A stretch of DNA of 63,102 bases, counting the filler, from Klebsormidium nitens (taxonomy: Eukaryota; Plantae; Klebsormidiophyceae), in assembly GCA_000708835.1 (NCBI GenBank). It is 4 parts of 4 records of this genome, joined end to end, with 100 filler letters (N's around TTAATTAATTAA, not from the genome) between each part and the next. Parts side by side here need not be neighbours in the genome. Positions count along the whole stretch, not along the records: positions 12,594 to 42,211 come from DF237792.1; 3 more parts are not named here. One strand, 5' to 3'. Positions 22,701 to 34,649 of the stretch are shown piece by piece; the first letter of the stretch is position 1; each line of letters begins with the position of its first letter. The translations under genes were made by a program, and so were the position numbers. The notes beneath the pieces were generated by a model. It was given only the letters and a program-made list of their open reading frames with translations, was not told where the DNA came from and did no database searches.

Positions 22701-24868
22701 CGCTCCAGCAAATATTTCTAAGTCGATCCAACTCTTATCTAGTGCGGCACAAGTCGACTGCTGACAGAGATTGTTCCGGACAAACGGTTTTGGATGTCAA
22801 GCTGTGTGTGTGAATCAGAAAGGCGGCAGCTTTAGGCACACCAGGTATCCAGCAATCAGAAGAATGCTGCTGAAACGGATTGTAGGAAGGGTGACAGATC
22901 CGTTTTGCAAATCTCGACCAGATTGCATAGACAGTGTAACAGAAGTCCCATTTGTTGATCGAGTCCATCAATGCGGCCAAGCGCACACCGGATGTATTGC
23001 AGTTCGTAGTCTGCAAGAGCAGCAAAGCCCCAACTGGAGGACACAGAGACATCGAAAGCCTCACCAAACGACATCTGTTCTGCCGGAGTCACAGGCCCTG
23101 TACTGAGCCGGCGAGCGGCACTCCCCCTCTGGTTTCCCCTTCCCCCACCCCGCTGCTGAGGCGCCTGCTGCAGGGGGGTGACTGCCATATTGTAGTCGAT
23201 GCCATTGGCACCCCCCCACTGATCCCTTAGCCCCTGGTCCGCCCCCTCTGACTTCACAGCCATGCGTTTCGCCTGGAGAAAGTTTTGAAAGTTACATGAG
23301 TAATCGCCAGTGGGACACGAAGCCTCTGCTTGAGCCAGGTGAGTAATGAAAATTACAACAGCCACTGGCTGTCAAATTCTAGTAAGCGAAACAACAATGC
23401 GTTCGCACCGTAATAGGAATCTCAGTTCTTTGTCTGATAAGTGCTCATGACTGTCACTGACTTTGACAGAAAGCAGCGCGAATTCCAAATCTCATGAAAA
23501 TGGCAAGCTATCCGCATAAGCTTTGAGAGCAGGCATATGCAGTGTTCTACATAAACATCGTGTCTTTCCAGAGCCTAAGATGGAACTTATCAGAACCCAT
23601 CTGTCCTGGCAGATTTGATAAAAAAAATATACAAGCAAGGAACAACTAAGCAATGTCCAGTATGTGCTTACCCCTGGATGACTTGTTGCCGGCGGGGACT
23701 GCATCATGTTATCCTGGCACATACCAACGAAAACATCTTTTCAAGCAGTTGTCAATCATGTCAAGATCAATATCCTTCATCTGGTGCAACTATGAACTCA
23801 AGTCAACGACAAGCAACTCAGTAGACAGAGGGGAGGAGAATCAAGCACAAGGAAAAGACATGAGAGTAAGCTGGAGCAGTCAAAGAGCGAGATTAAGAAT
23901 CAAGGTTAAGAGTATGTCCAACAGAAGGCCTTTCTTTGCAGCATATGATGAAAAGCAATTGTTCCACTCTCTGATACAAGCATGTGCACCAGTTCAGAAC
24001 TTGCTGGAGCAGAAGTAAAACGCCATGCATTGAAATTCACAGGAGGATATCCCTTGTTCTGTGCAATGTGAGATAAAATTATTACATGAAAAGCAACTTC
24101 TGACGCGCATATCAATCCTTGACAAGATTGCACTTTGCATGAGTCCATGCATTTTTCTGAAATCAAAGGGTAACTGAAGTAGGCGGTGGAATTTTGTGCA
24201 ACCACTACACTTCCAGTGTTTTAGTGTTTCCAGAACAGAATGCGAGAAAAGAAAGTTTCTACAACCTGCTGATGTGACCAACATCATCAAGATCTCAGGT
24301 TATCGATAAACCTTGGCCTAATCTTTTACATCCCATAAATCCCACAAGGAGAGAGCCGGGGTCGAGGAACCTGCCACTGCTCCTTCTAGCTCCTTCTAGA
24401 TCTATCCACGTAATATGATGAGGACTGCGCTTTATGCATTGGATTGCACAAGCCCTTGCACCCTGGCCAGGCAAGGCAATTCTCCAAAGCAGAAACCTCA
24501 TGCATTTAAGAAAAACGTGTGTTTTTCATTCAGTTTCACCAAGAGTTTCCGTCTGAACATCGGACTCAAGGAGAATACCCGGCAGATAGCAAATGCAGAA
24601 CCCGCAACCAATATGTGCTCGAATCTGCTCGTTGCAAGCTCACCGGAAAACGGGCATACAGTACCTCCTGCGGATGCCCCTGCGGCTGAAAGCCCGGCCC
24701 TTGGCCCCCTTCCTGAAACTGATGGTACTCCTCGGGCGCAGCGAACGCAGGCCGATTGTGATCGAATGTCATCTGCTGAAATTGGGGTTGTGCTGCCATT
24801 TGCCTGGGCTGTGCTAGGCCCCCTATTTGCGTTTGGACTGGGCCTGCGCTCTTTGATTGAGTTGCCAT
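16724..24868 (-). CDS. E2F: E2F transcription factor (plant E2Fa/b/c type). Exons 24868-24665, 23272-23065, 22505-22440, 22136-22051, 21734-21646, 19919-19812, 19389-19339, 19152-19104, 18705-18637, 18206-18148, 17363-17162, 16802-16724; final exon(s) not resolved
   Basis: [14 protein letters not shown]-terminal motif; RYDQSLG|[28 protein letters not shown]|[33 protein letters not shown]-binding domain; coiled coil [20 protein letters not shown]|MMRERV...|[16 protein letters not shown]; marked box [17 protein letters not shown]|[19 protein letters not shown]; Rb-binding DDYWL. All junction phases are consistent. Confidence 0.95.
17364..17870 (-). repeat. About four tandem ~110-130-bp copies of the acceptor plus 5' end of E2F exon 17363-17162
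   Basis: (T/G)GCAG|CCGTCACGAACC recurs at ~17474, ~17601, ~17724 (degenerate) and ~17858. The first two copies end in CTG|GTGAGG or CCG|GTGAGG donors. Confidence 0.85.
19920..21206 (-). repeat. Ten tandem ~120-135-bp units, each an acceptor, a 56-61-nt copy of the start of E2F exon 19919-19812, a GT donor and a short intron
   Basis: Minus-strand unit TTGCAG|GGG(T/C)GCTGCGGGCACAACGACGGTCGAG...CATCTG|GTAAAT...CTAACC.... Nine units retain AG and GT; one (~20898-20953) has lost the AG. Confidence 0.92.
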
Positions 24869-26539
24869 GGCTCAAATGAGCGATAAAACTGCACTCTTGC
24901 ACGACAAGCTTGTAGGCAAGGTTGTTTTGAACCAAAAATCCGTCTACTTACTCATGCAGGCTGCTGAAAAGGTGACTGTGGCATGCATTCTAGAAGCTCT
25001 GGTTGTGCAACAGCTACAATCAGGTGATCCTTCGTGAGGTTAGGGATAAGCCATCTCGACGATTAAATGGGCGAGCGGAGGAGATTGGAATGCTGCAGAC
25101 CTCACAAACCGAGAAGAGTTTTCATACTCTGAGGAAAAGAAAGAAGAGAGCCCCTCTAGCAAGCCTATGGCCAGGACAGGAGCCTGTCAGAGGAGGTAAC
25201 GGTCTCGTTAAGAATGCAAGTACCCGCTCTTTCACTTAAAGCACCTCTTGCCGATATCCTTGAACGGAGAAGACGCCTGGCAACTGTCCGGGAAACGAGC
25301 CGTGCAGCTGCTCTTCAGCAGGATCTTCAACCTCCTGAACCTCCTCCCCCCAAGAAGCCATGCAAGTGCTGCGTTTTGCTGAGTGGGGAGTCCAGTTCAG
25401 CTGATCAGCCAAAATTCAGCACTTTCTTCAAATGTGGCTTTTAGAAGCAGCCCCTTGCATCCTCTAACTACACCGCCTAACCCACGTTTATGACGTTAAT
25501 TTGCGCGCCTTCAGAGCAATGAAGGTGGAAGTATGGCAATCAACCGCCTGCAGAACCCTAGGTCACGTTTCGGGTCACGAAATGGTCAAACCNNNNNNNN
25601 NNNNNNNNNNNNNNNNNNNNNNNNNNNNNNNNNNNNNNNNNNNNNNNNNNNNNNNNNNNNNNNNNNNNNNNNNNNNNNNNNNNNNNNNNNNNNNNNNNNN
25701 NNNNNNNNNNNNNNNNNNNNNNNNNNNNNNNNNNNNNNNNNNNNNNNNNNNNNNNNNNNNNNNNNNNNNNNNNNNNNNNNNNNNNNNNNNNNNNNNNNNN
25801 NNNNNNNNNNNNNNNNNNNNNNNNNNNNNNNNNNNNNNNNNNNNNNNNNNNNNNNNNNNNNNNNNNNNNNNNNNNNNNNNNNNNNNNNNNNNNNNNNNNN
25901 NNNNNNNNNNNNNNNNNNNNNNNNNNNNNNNNNNNNNNNNNNNNNNNNNNNNNNNNNNNNNNNNNNNNNNNNNNNNNNNNNNNNNNNNNNNNNNNNNNNN
26001 NNNNNNNNNNNNNNNNNNNNNNNNNNNNNNNNNNNNNNNNNNNNNNNNNNNNNNNNNNNNNNNNNNNNNNNNNNNNNNNNNNNNNNNNNNNNNNNNNNNN
26101 NNNNNNNNNNNNNNNNNNNNNNNNNNNNNNNNNNNNNNNNNNNNNNNNNNNNNNNNNNNNNNNNNNNNNNNNNNNNNNNNNNNNNNNNNNNNNNNNNNNN
26201 NNNNNNNNNNNNNNNNNNNNNNNNNNNNNNNNNNNNNNNNNNNNNNNNNNNNNNNNNNNNNNNNNNNNNNNNNNNNNNNNNNNNNNNNNNNNNNNNNNNN
26301 NNNNNNNNNNNNNNCGGTACACGACACCACAGGCGTGGCGCAGAGGCGCAGGAGCCTGAGGCAGAGGAACAGCCTGACGAAGCGTTAAAACGAGGAACAG
26401 CAAAGCTTTTTCTGTCCAGGTTGCTGGAAGAGGGCCAGGGACATTTTGCAGGAAGGCTCCGCTTGCTGTGCTCGGTCAAAGGAAGGAATTGTGACGGTCC
26501 CAGATCTTTCCTGTCAAAAGTCTGTCTCCTGCTCTCCTC

Positions 26540-29500
26540 ATGGACCCGTCAGGGGCCGCAGAAAATGCTCCCGTAGGCGGCAAGGGAACGCCGCGGGGGG
26601 CTCGGGAGAGCAGCACTGGAAGCCCCCGCCGTGCTTTGCGGGAGGAAGATGAGAACGCAGTAAACTCGGTGCTTCTGGGGCCTGCAGCGCGGGAGGCCGC
26701 CAGTGGGAGGACGCAGTATGACGCTGACTTGGCGCTCGCACGAGCACTGCAGGTACTATCCAGGCTTTGTTGTCCTTGCTGGCTTGGCGCCTTTTGTTCT
26801 TGGGCTTTCATGTGAGGAGGTTTACCTGTGCAAGTTTGGGGAGGATGTCCTTGCCACGGAGATTGCACAGTGTTCCTGCAGGATTGTGGTCATCCGATTC
26901 CTGACTTGGAAGTGGCAGAGTGCTGATAAAGTGGTTTTCCTAACCTCCAGTCTTGTCAATAAGCAACTTGGTGCACCCGCAAGTCTTTGAAAGCTGTCAT
27001 GTTCTATTTTTAGAGGCCATGCACAAATATCAGCTTTTGTTTGTTTTGTCCGTGCATGGCCAGGGTGAGTTGGAGACTGCAGTGTAACTTTTGGAGGAAT
27101 AGACAGCATTGCAATACTTCACGAGATCCGCAAGCCTGTCAATCTGGCATGCAGCGCTTTGAAATCAGTGCGAATATCAGATTTCCTGCTGATGGTAGTG
27201 GTTACGATAAGCTTTCTTTGAAAATATTGAAACTTGGAGCATGCTCCCAAGTAAGTGAGCGGCAACACAGATGCTTTAGTGATGCTGCGGATGTCAATGT
27301 CAAAGCGGCTTTAGGAGATGATTCAGGCAGTGACAGCATTGTAGAAGATCAAAGTGGTGCACGAGATTCCAAGGGGCAAGGTCCTGCTTACAGACGTTGA
27401 TTTGAAGAGCGGCATGAAGATCTGGAACTTTAGCAAGCCCCTTCCCGTGGTCTGTTATTTTACCCTGCTGTGGAGTCTTTGACCTCAAACCTGCTGCTAC
27501 TGGAATTCTTCGAATCTAGAGGAATTTGTAGGAGTGGTTTGTTGCTGCTTGTAGGCTTCGGTGCTCCTATAAGCCCATGGGTTTCATTATCTATTTCAGA
27601 TGATCTGCCTCATACTTATGGCCAAGAGGATTTGAGAGGCTTGCAGTGGCTACGTGCCCTTTTCTCTTCACTAAAGGCGCCCACATCAGAACTGCGGCAC
27701 TCTTACAACAACATCTGAACCCAGCATCAGTCAAGAAGCTCTTACGTTCAGCATGCATCACCCAGCAAGTTTCTGTTACCATCTTGTGTTTGGTGCAGGA
27801 AAGCAAGATTACACCATGAACTGAATTGCACCATTATCTTTACTGACAGGAACAAGAGCGCGCATACTACCTGCTCAGGGAACAGAGCATGGCGGCGCGC
27901 AGCGCGTCCGACCTGGAAAATGACGCTGAGGGGTATGCCGGGGGGGAGGGAGAAGACGACATCTACGAAGGGGGCGAGTACGTGCCTGGCGAAGAGGGGG
28001 GAGAGGGCAGCGCCGAGGGGGCCCCGTTCGATGACGAGGCGTTTGCGAGGGCGCTGCAGGAAGCAGAGGAGCGGGAGGCGGAGGAACGAGTGATGGCGCT
28101 GGCGGGGATGAATGTTGCCTCAGGTGATGTGCCGTGTCTGGGCTGGCCTTCAATTGTAAAGACTGAAGTAGTGAAGTCGATTGGAGTGTTCCTTGAGTTG
28201 GAGTGGTCGATCTAGCCTCTTTTTCGTTTCAGACAAGGCTTTCTATGGTTGGGGTTCAGATTCCGCTGGTCGCTTCAGGTTCCCAGCTTCCGTTTGCAGA
28301 ACGTTGGAGGTGCTCTTTGGATGCTCAGTTGTCAACCCACGTCTTTTCTGCACGTTGTCTGCTTAAGTCTTCTTTGCACATTGTCAGCCCACGTCTCTTC
28401 TGCACGTTGTCCGCCCATGTTTCTCCTGCGCGTGTCAGCCGAGCAGCTTGCAAGCTGGTCACTGAAACGTGTGCCCCTATCGACCACAGATGACGCGTAT
28501 GGGAGCGAGGATGAGGAGGACGACTGGGAGGAGGACGGCATCGATCCAGACAATATGACTTACGAGGTGGGCAGGTTCTTGATTCGATTGGTTTCAACCC
28601 CCTCTGTCGCAAGTCCGTAAGAGTGTCTGTTTTGTTTGGTTAGTGCTAAGGAGTCCGTCTGCTGAAAGCTCGTGTTTGAATTGTGTTTGGCAAGAGCTTG
28701 TGCCCGACGGTCCGGTTTGGTAAGAGCGAGTGTCCGAAGGTTGTTTGTTAAGGCTTGTTCGAAGTTTGTACTGTTGCTAGGTTTTCTCAAGTGCCCACAT
28801 GCTGACGCAATGTGCTGGCCTGATGTTTTAGGCGATTGTAACGTACCTGGATACGACCCACGTCAAAAGTGATCCTTCTTGAGCTTGTTGCAGTTGCAGA
28901 ACATCAAGTCCGACCAGCGCAGTAACTTGCCGTTTGCACTTCCTTGGAATGGCTGTCAGCTTCTGCTAAGCATTTCATACTCTTCGTTCACGGAAGTTGC
29001 CTCTCGGTCCGATACAAGGTAACGAAAGGTCAACAGCAATCTGTTCGGAATCCTTCCTGACCAAGGTTGACAACTATTCATATTTACTGGACATCCTTCT
29101 ACCAGTGATCCGTGCTGACAAGCACAGCCCTTCCTTCATAATTTCGATATTCTATCCTCCGAAATTCATTAGCGCCCAATCCGACGGCAGAAGAGCACAA
29201 GTTGAACCCTTGATACATGTTCCACCCGATTGATCCGTTCAATCGGTTGGCGGCGCCCTATGCCCACTTTACTAGATTTATTAGGCGTTAAGTGGCACTG
29301 GTGACACTTGAGTGCAAGAGAATATGTTCGTTTGCGGACCATATCGCATCTTGAGTTCTGCCTCGGGCGCCCGTTATGCCCAGCTGCCCCGACTCTAGTC
29401 GTCAGGCTCTACAGGTCACACGGCGCTCTGTGTTAATTCCGCCTGCATTTTTGCTGAGCAGGATTCGACGGCGCTGGCAGAGGTGGTGGGTAGCAACGTT

Positions 29501-32500
29501 GCCGGTATGATGCTGTATGCCCGATTCACCATTTTATTATCATCTTTGGATTACTGAGTCACTCGAATTCTTGATGCTGTCTGCTTTTCCGGTGTGCAGG
29601 AGCTGACGGCGCTGGCGGAAGTGGTGGGCAGCAACGCTGCCGGCATGGCGCCATGTGCCTGATCTTAGCATTTCATTATCATTTTTGGACAAATGAGTTA
29701 CTGATCTTTGAGGCTGCCTGCTTTTCCGCTGTGCAGGAGCTGACGGCGCTGGCAGAAGTGGTGGGCAGCGAGAGCAAGGGCCTCCCCGCGGAGGCGATTG
29801 CGCGGCTGCCAAAGAGCGCCTACAAGGCGACGCGCCGGCGGAGGAGCTCCTCCAGCGGCCAGGAACAGTGAGACACCTGTTCCTGCAAACCTGTTAAACG
29901 ATCGCTTCTCGTTGGGTTCAGTTGTCTGATCAATCTTCCGGCATTATCTTTTACTGGGTTGGTCGTCGTTTCTTTCTTTGTCTGGGTTGTATGCTTCGGT
30001 TGGAAGACCGCCGCTCATAACCAGGGGCAAAGTTAGTTTCCAAAAATGGCCAAAGAAGTAAGAGGATTTGTCCTGGATACTTTGGCTGAACTCTTTTGCC
30101 TCGAAACCACCATTCTTTTTGGCGCTATTCTTCCTGATCCATTGCAAAATAGTTTTTAAGGTTGGAGTGAATCTGCACGAGATCCTGTCCGGTCTTGCTG
30201 CAAAACCGTGCTTTCTTTAGGTTACTCGTGTAGCACAACCTGCCTCTTTTCGAGTTGATGTTTATTTCTGAGGTCCAACTTCGCAGTCAGAGACGGTTTT
30301 TTCAAAACTGAGGATCTTAGTACCTTTTGTGTGCTGTCTGTAGCTTGAGAAAACGCTGAAATCAAAGTAGAGTTGTTGGGGTGTCTGCAACGTCAAAACA
30401 TTTAGGTCTGACTCCTGTCAACCCGTTGATTGCTGCACCTATGCTTATGCCTACTCTCTTACGCCTGACCGGAGCGTCGCATGCATGCTGAGCTGACTGG
30501 ATCAAGCCTAGGACGTTGAGAGGCGACGTTTTCAATTGGGAACACTGAGCTAAGAGGATTTTCTGGACTGCTTCCTCGTGCTACTTTTCTTGCCAGCGTC
30601 AGGGCTCGCTGGCAACTCTTTTCTTCGGCATTTGCATCCCTTCATCTGCATGATGAAGTGGTTCCAGTCATGCTTCGGTCGAAGACATTGTTGTCGGGAG
30701 CACTTTCCGTCGTCCTTACAGTCATTTGGCAAGACCCTAACTGCCCGGGGCTGCTGGTTGCACTTCGTGTAGCAACAATCACAAGTCTCTCGAGCAGAAT
30801 TGGCAGTGACGTGCTTATGCAGTGACGTTGCTCCTTGGATGTCACTGAATACCATTTCGGACCGAAGCCAGAGTCAAGAACAATTCTAAATCCTCATCTG
30901 AGGATGTCTGATCAACCTTCTCGACTTTGCCAGACTTGCGGGCCAGTTACGCCAGTCACCAGGTTGTAGAATGGGACTGTCGGTTCATAATTTCCGCATT
31001 CTGACCTCTGAATGTGCCCAAATGAGCAACGTTTCCTCAGATTGTCTCCTACCTGACCGTTTTGTCTCGGTGGGTTTTTTTTTCTGGTCTTTTCTCTGCC
31101 TTTCGTTTGAGAATCATATTGTCACAAGGCATGGAGTCACTGGAGGGGGTCCACACCAAAGCACCAGATCAGAACGCAAATGGCAAATGCTTGCTGACCT
31201 GCAAGTCGTTGGTGAAGATGCTGGCACATCCGATATTTCAGCTTGTCAGCCCATCTCCTGCTGCCTGAAGCCACTTTGTCCTATCGCTTGCATTGCTCAT
31301 CACCCATTTCTGCGAAGACTTCAATGATAAAGCGCAAATTCGTTGTCCTTGCCGGGCCTCATGCTGGTTCTGATTCGTTTGCTGGGTTTGCAGAAAGTGT
31401 ATATTAGGTTCAGCACAATCGAAAATTGTGGATTAATGTTGTTCTGAAAGCAAATCATCACGTGGCTTGCTTCGGCTGTTCTGCTGGGAATAGGAAGAGC
31501 TGGCAGCCCTTGCGGCAAGCAACCACGGCCCCCTTGCAAAGACAAGGAACTCGTGGTGTACTTTGAGAGTGAAAGTGTGGCATGTGGCACTTCTTCGCTG
31601 GATCAAAGCGCTTGCTGTGCTTGAGACTTAACTGTTGCGCCTCGTCCATCTATTCATCGTCACGATCTTATCATCCGTTACACTTGAATCTCCTCGTCTT
31701 GCTAGCACGTCAAGTATTCGTTCCACTGAAAGTCCACCCCTGTTAACAAAGAAGATACTGCAGCACATAGGAAACGGTGCAGGAGGCACGCCTGCGCTCG
31801 ACTGCTTAGCTTTTCCAACTGCACCCGTGAGCAGACAACTTACAGAACGTTTGAAACCTAGAAAAACCTTGAAGTCGCATCATTTCGCACTCAGATTCTT
31901 GCCGGCCAGGATAAAGCCCTTGGTGACGCTGATGGCTCGCTACTCTGCAACATTTCCTTGATGCTGGCTATCGAAAGTTGGAGTGATTTTGCAACCACCG
32001 CTGTTCCTGTTCGGATCTGTTGAGCGAGAACTTTTGCACATTGATTGCCCGGAGGTTTGCCCTGCGAAATCCGTCAGTTATGCGGAAATCTCAGGCTATT
32101 GAAAAGTTGCATCATCTGTGGTCCCTTGACACGCGCGTCGGTATCTTGATTGCTTCTCAGCATCATGCATTCGGAAGCGGGCAATGACGAGATGGGCATA
32201 GTCTGGCGGGCTGAGGAACGCCACACCTCTATGCAGGCTTCCACTGACCCGATTTGGAGCCATTCTCGCTGCGTTGCTCGTTTGATCACATCTGCTTGAA
32301 GTTTTGTGCCCTTGCCAGTGTCAGTCGGCGCAACCGTGTCCTGCGCTGATCGACGAACTTCCTTTTGACGTTCGGTTGCCAACTCAGTTATCCGACAAGC
32401 ATCCAGAGTTTTGCTCCTGCGCTAATCTTTTGCCGATGATGGAAACGTGTTGAGTGTTACTCGGGTCGAGCTGTGGTTTGGCTCCGTTTGCTCCTTGAAG

Positions 32501-34626
32501 CAAAAAGCGAACAAAGGACGGTGATCGGCAGTGAAGACTTGAGAAGCTTCTGACGTCGCTCTGCATGCCGAGACGGCTCTTGGACAAGCTCAGAAGCTGG
32601 CTTTGCAATTCTGACGGCAGGGTCTAATCACCTTCGCCGAGATGCTTCGCAGATACAGGCTGAAAAGGCTGTAGATATCCGGCACTCCAGGCGTTTTGTT
32701 TTGTAAACATTGCTGGTCGCAGGGTCGGAAAGAGCGACGTTCCGTTTTTTGCGACGTGCTTTGCTCACCAGTTCGTTCCGATTCGACTGCTATAACGGTT
32801 CGAATAGTCTGCTTTTCATCCGGATTCCTGTGCACACAAACCAAGCCGGCTGCGATTGCAAGTGTCGCGAGTGAGCTCTCGCTTTTTGGACGGCTGCCAC
32901 TGAAGACGCCCTGTGGCAACCAAGTCAGACGGCGGTTTCGTTTGTTCCTTTGTTCGTCTGTTTGCCGCGGTCAATATGCGAGTTCTTGGTCGAAGCTTGA
33001 GCATAAGGTCCCTCGTTGATGTCGCCTGGACATTGCATCCCAAGGATGTCTCACCGGAATTGCCTCTGTCTTTCCCGTTCTTTCTACTGACCGCCGTGTT
33101 TCAGCTGCGAATCTGGCACAGCTCGGTCACGGTCCTCTGGTCTCATGCACGCACCATTTTAGTTGCCAGCTGCATCAACGGCTGAACAGTGGGCGTATGA
33201 GTCAGACCTGCTGCACATTCTCATCATCCTGAAAGATGCACGGGAGTTGTCTGGGACACATTCAAAATTCTCGGCAAGGATGACTGGATAGCGCATGATG
33301 CGTAACATCAAATGTGAACTTCCCCCAGTCTGAAGCCTTGCTTAAGCTATGACCATGTTATGTTTCCAAATGCGCCCTTTCGGCTCTTTCACAGAAGCTA
33401 TCATTTGCCTTCCGGATCGCTTTTGGGCATTCGCGGTGTAAGCATGCAGACTGCTTCTTCAGACCTAGGCGAATGGAATTGAAGCTCCTTCTCTGATCAG
33501 CAGCTCAATAGCGCGGAGTCTTGAACGAAAGAGTCTCGTTGCTGCCGCAGGTGCGTCATCTGCCGGGTGGAGTTCGAGGATGATGACGTCATCACGACGC
33601 TGCCGTCGTGCAAGCACCACTACCACTCCCCCTGCATCGAGCAATGGCTCTCCATCAACAAGGTCAGCCTCAGAAACCTGCCACCTTGTCTTTCCTTTCC
33701 TTTCTCCTCTTTCTTGACAAAGCCCGTTGAAGCCCACAACCGTCCGAGACTTCGCTCCAGTCTCCAATCCTCAGTCGGCGGATGAGAGAAAGACGAGCCG
33801 ACTATCCAGTTCTATGAAAATGTACCCTCGACAGCTGTTGAATGTTACGGTTTGGTTTTGGTCACATATGCTGGCGGATGCAGGGCTGTTGGCCGCAGCC
33901 ATAACGAAATTAACCTTATAAGTAAGGACTTCACCGTAGTCAGACCCCTAGCACGGCCGTCTTTCCAAGCGGTCACCGCAGTAATGATGCTAGTCCCCGG
34001 CACAACTTTGCAGCCGTCTCGTGACGGGAATCGTCACTATATAATTCCTGGAAAGACCGCGATGTTCCGTCCCAGATCTGGCCGATATGCACACTGATAG
34101 ATAGGTTGCTTCTCAGAATCGGATATTATGGGCAAAGAGTGCCACAACTGTGACCTCCTCTCAACGTATTTCATCAGTAGGCAGATGGAGGAAACGGCTT
34201 CCCTTGCAGCATGTTCACAACTTGAAGCCTTTGCGATGGTAAAGTGGGTAAACAATGATCTGCTGAGATCCTCAACTGGATCCTGAAAATTTATACCCAA
34301 GGGCTTACACTTTTGATACTTGCGTGCAGTTGAGCGGTGGGGTACTCAGAAGCACTCCCCCAAATGCTGCTAGTTGTCCTATTTGTTCGACGATTCACTT
34401 TTGGAGCGGACAAAGGCTACCGAGCAGATGGGTCTTCTTTCAACGAAGACATCCGCCCGCTTTTCCAAATCCGAGCGTCAAAGCTGAACTGGCGACTGTT
34501 TTTTCTCTGCAGATCTGCCCTATGTGCCTGACAGAAGTGACCCCAATGAAGAGTAGAGCTGCGAGCAGGCGACCCTCTCACCTCGGCGCGGCAAAGTCTG
34601 AGCCGTCCAGTAGTGACTCCAAGTAA
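26540..34626 (+). CDS. BBR: BIG BROTHER-RELATED-like RING-H2 E3 ubiquitin ligase; exons 26540-26752, 27850-28123, 28490-28566, 29737-29867, 33551-33662, 34513-34626
   Basis: DADLALARALQ|EQERAYYLL; DDEAFARALQEAEERE; DPDNMTYE|ELTALAEVVGSESKGL; Q|CVICRVEFEDDDVITTLPSCKHHYHSPCIEQWLSINK|ICPMCLTEV. This is the motif order of plant BBR. All phases are consistent. The start may extend into the upstream gap. Confidence 0.92.
29447..29736 (+). repeat. Two upstream duplicates (~138-bp period) of the acceptor plus first 43 nt of BBR exon 29737
   Basis: GCAG|GATTCGACGGCGCTGGCAGAGGTGGTGGG...GCCG|GTATGA and GTGCAG|GAGCTGACGGCGCTGGCGGAAGTGGTGGG...GCCG|GCATGG precede the true exon. Confidence 0.9.
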
Positions 34627-34649
34627 GGTCCTCCTTGGGAAGTCAGAGT

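Noticed and set aside
25501-26576. Long ORFs in the track spanning 25.5-26.5 kb and 54.0-55.3 kb
   Set aside because: Artefacts of translating N-gaps.
28310-28440. ~30-bp TTGTCAGCCCACGTCTCTTCTGCACG repeats in a BBR intron
   Set aside because: Ordinary intronic minisatellite; it does not include the exon start, unlike the ladder arrays.
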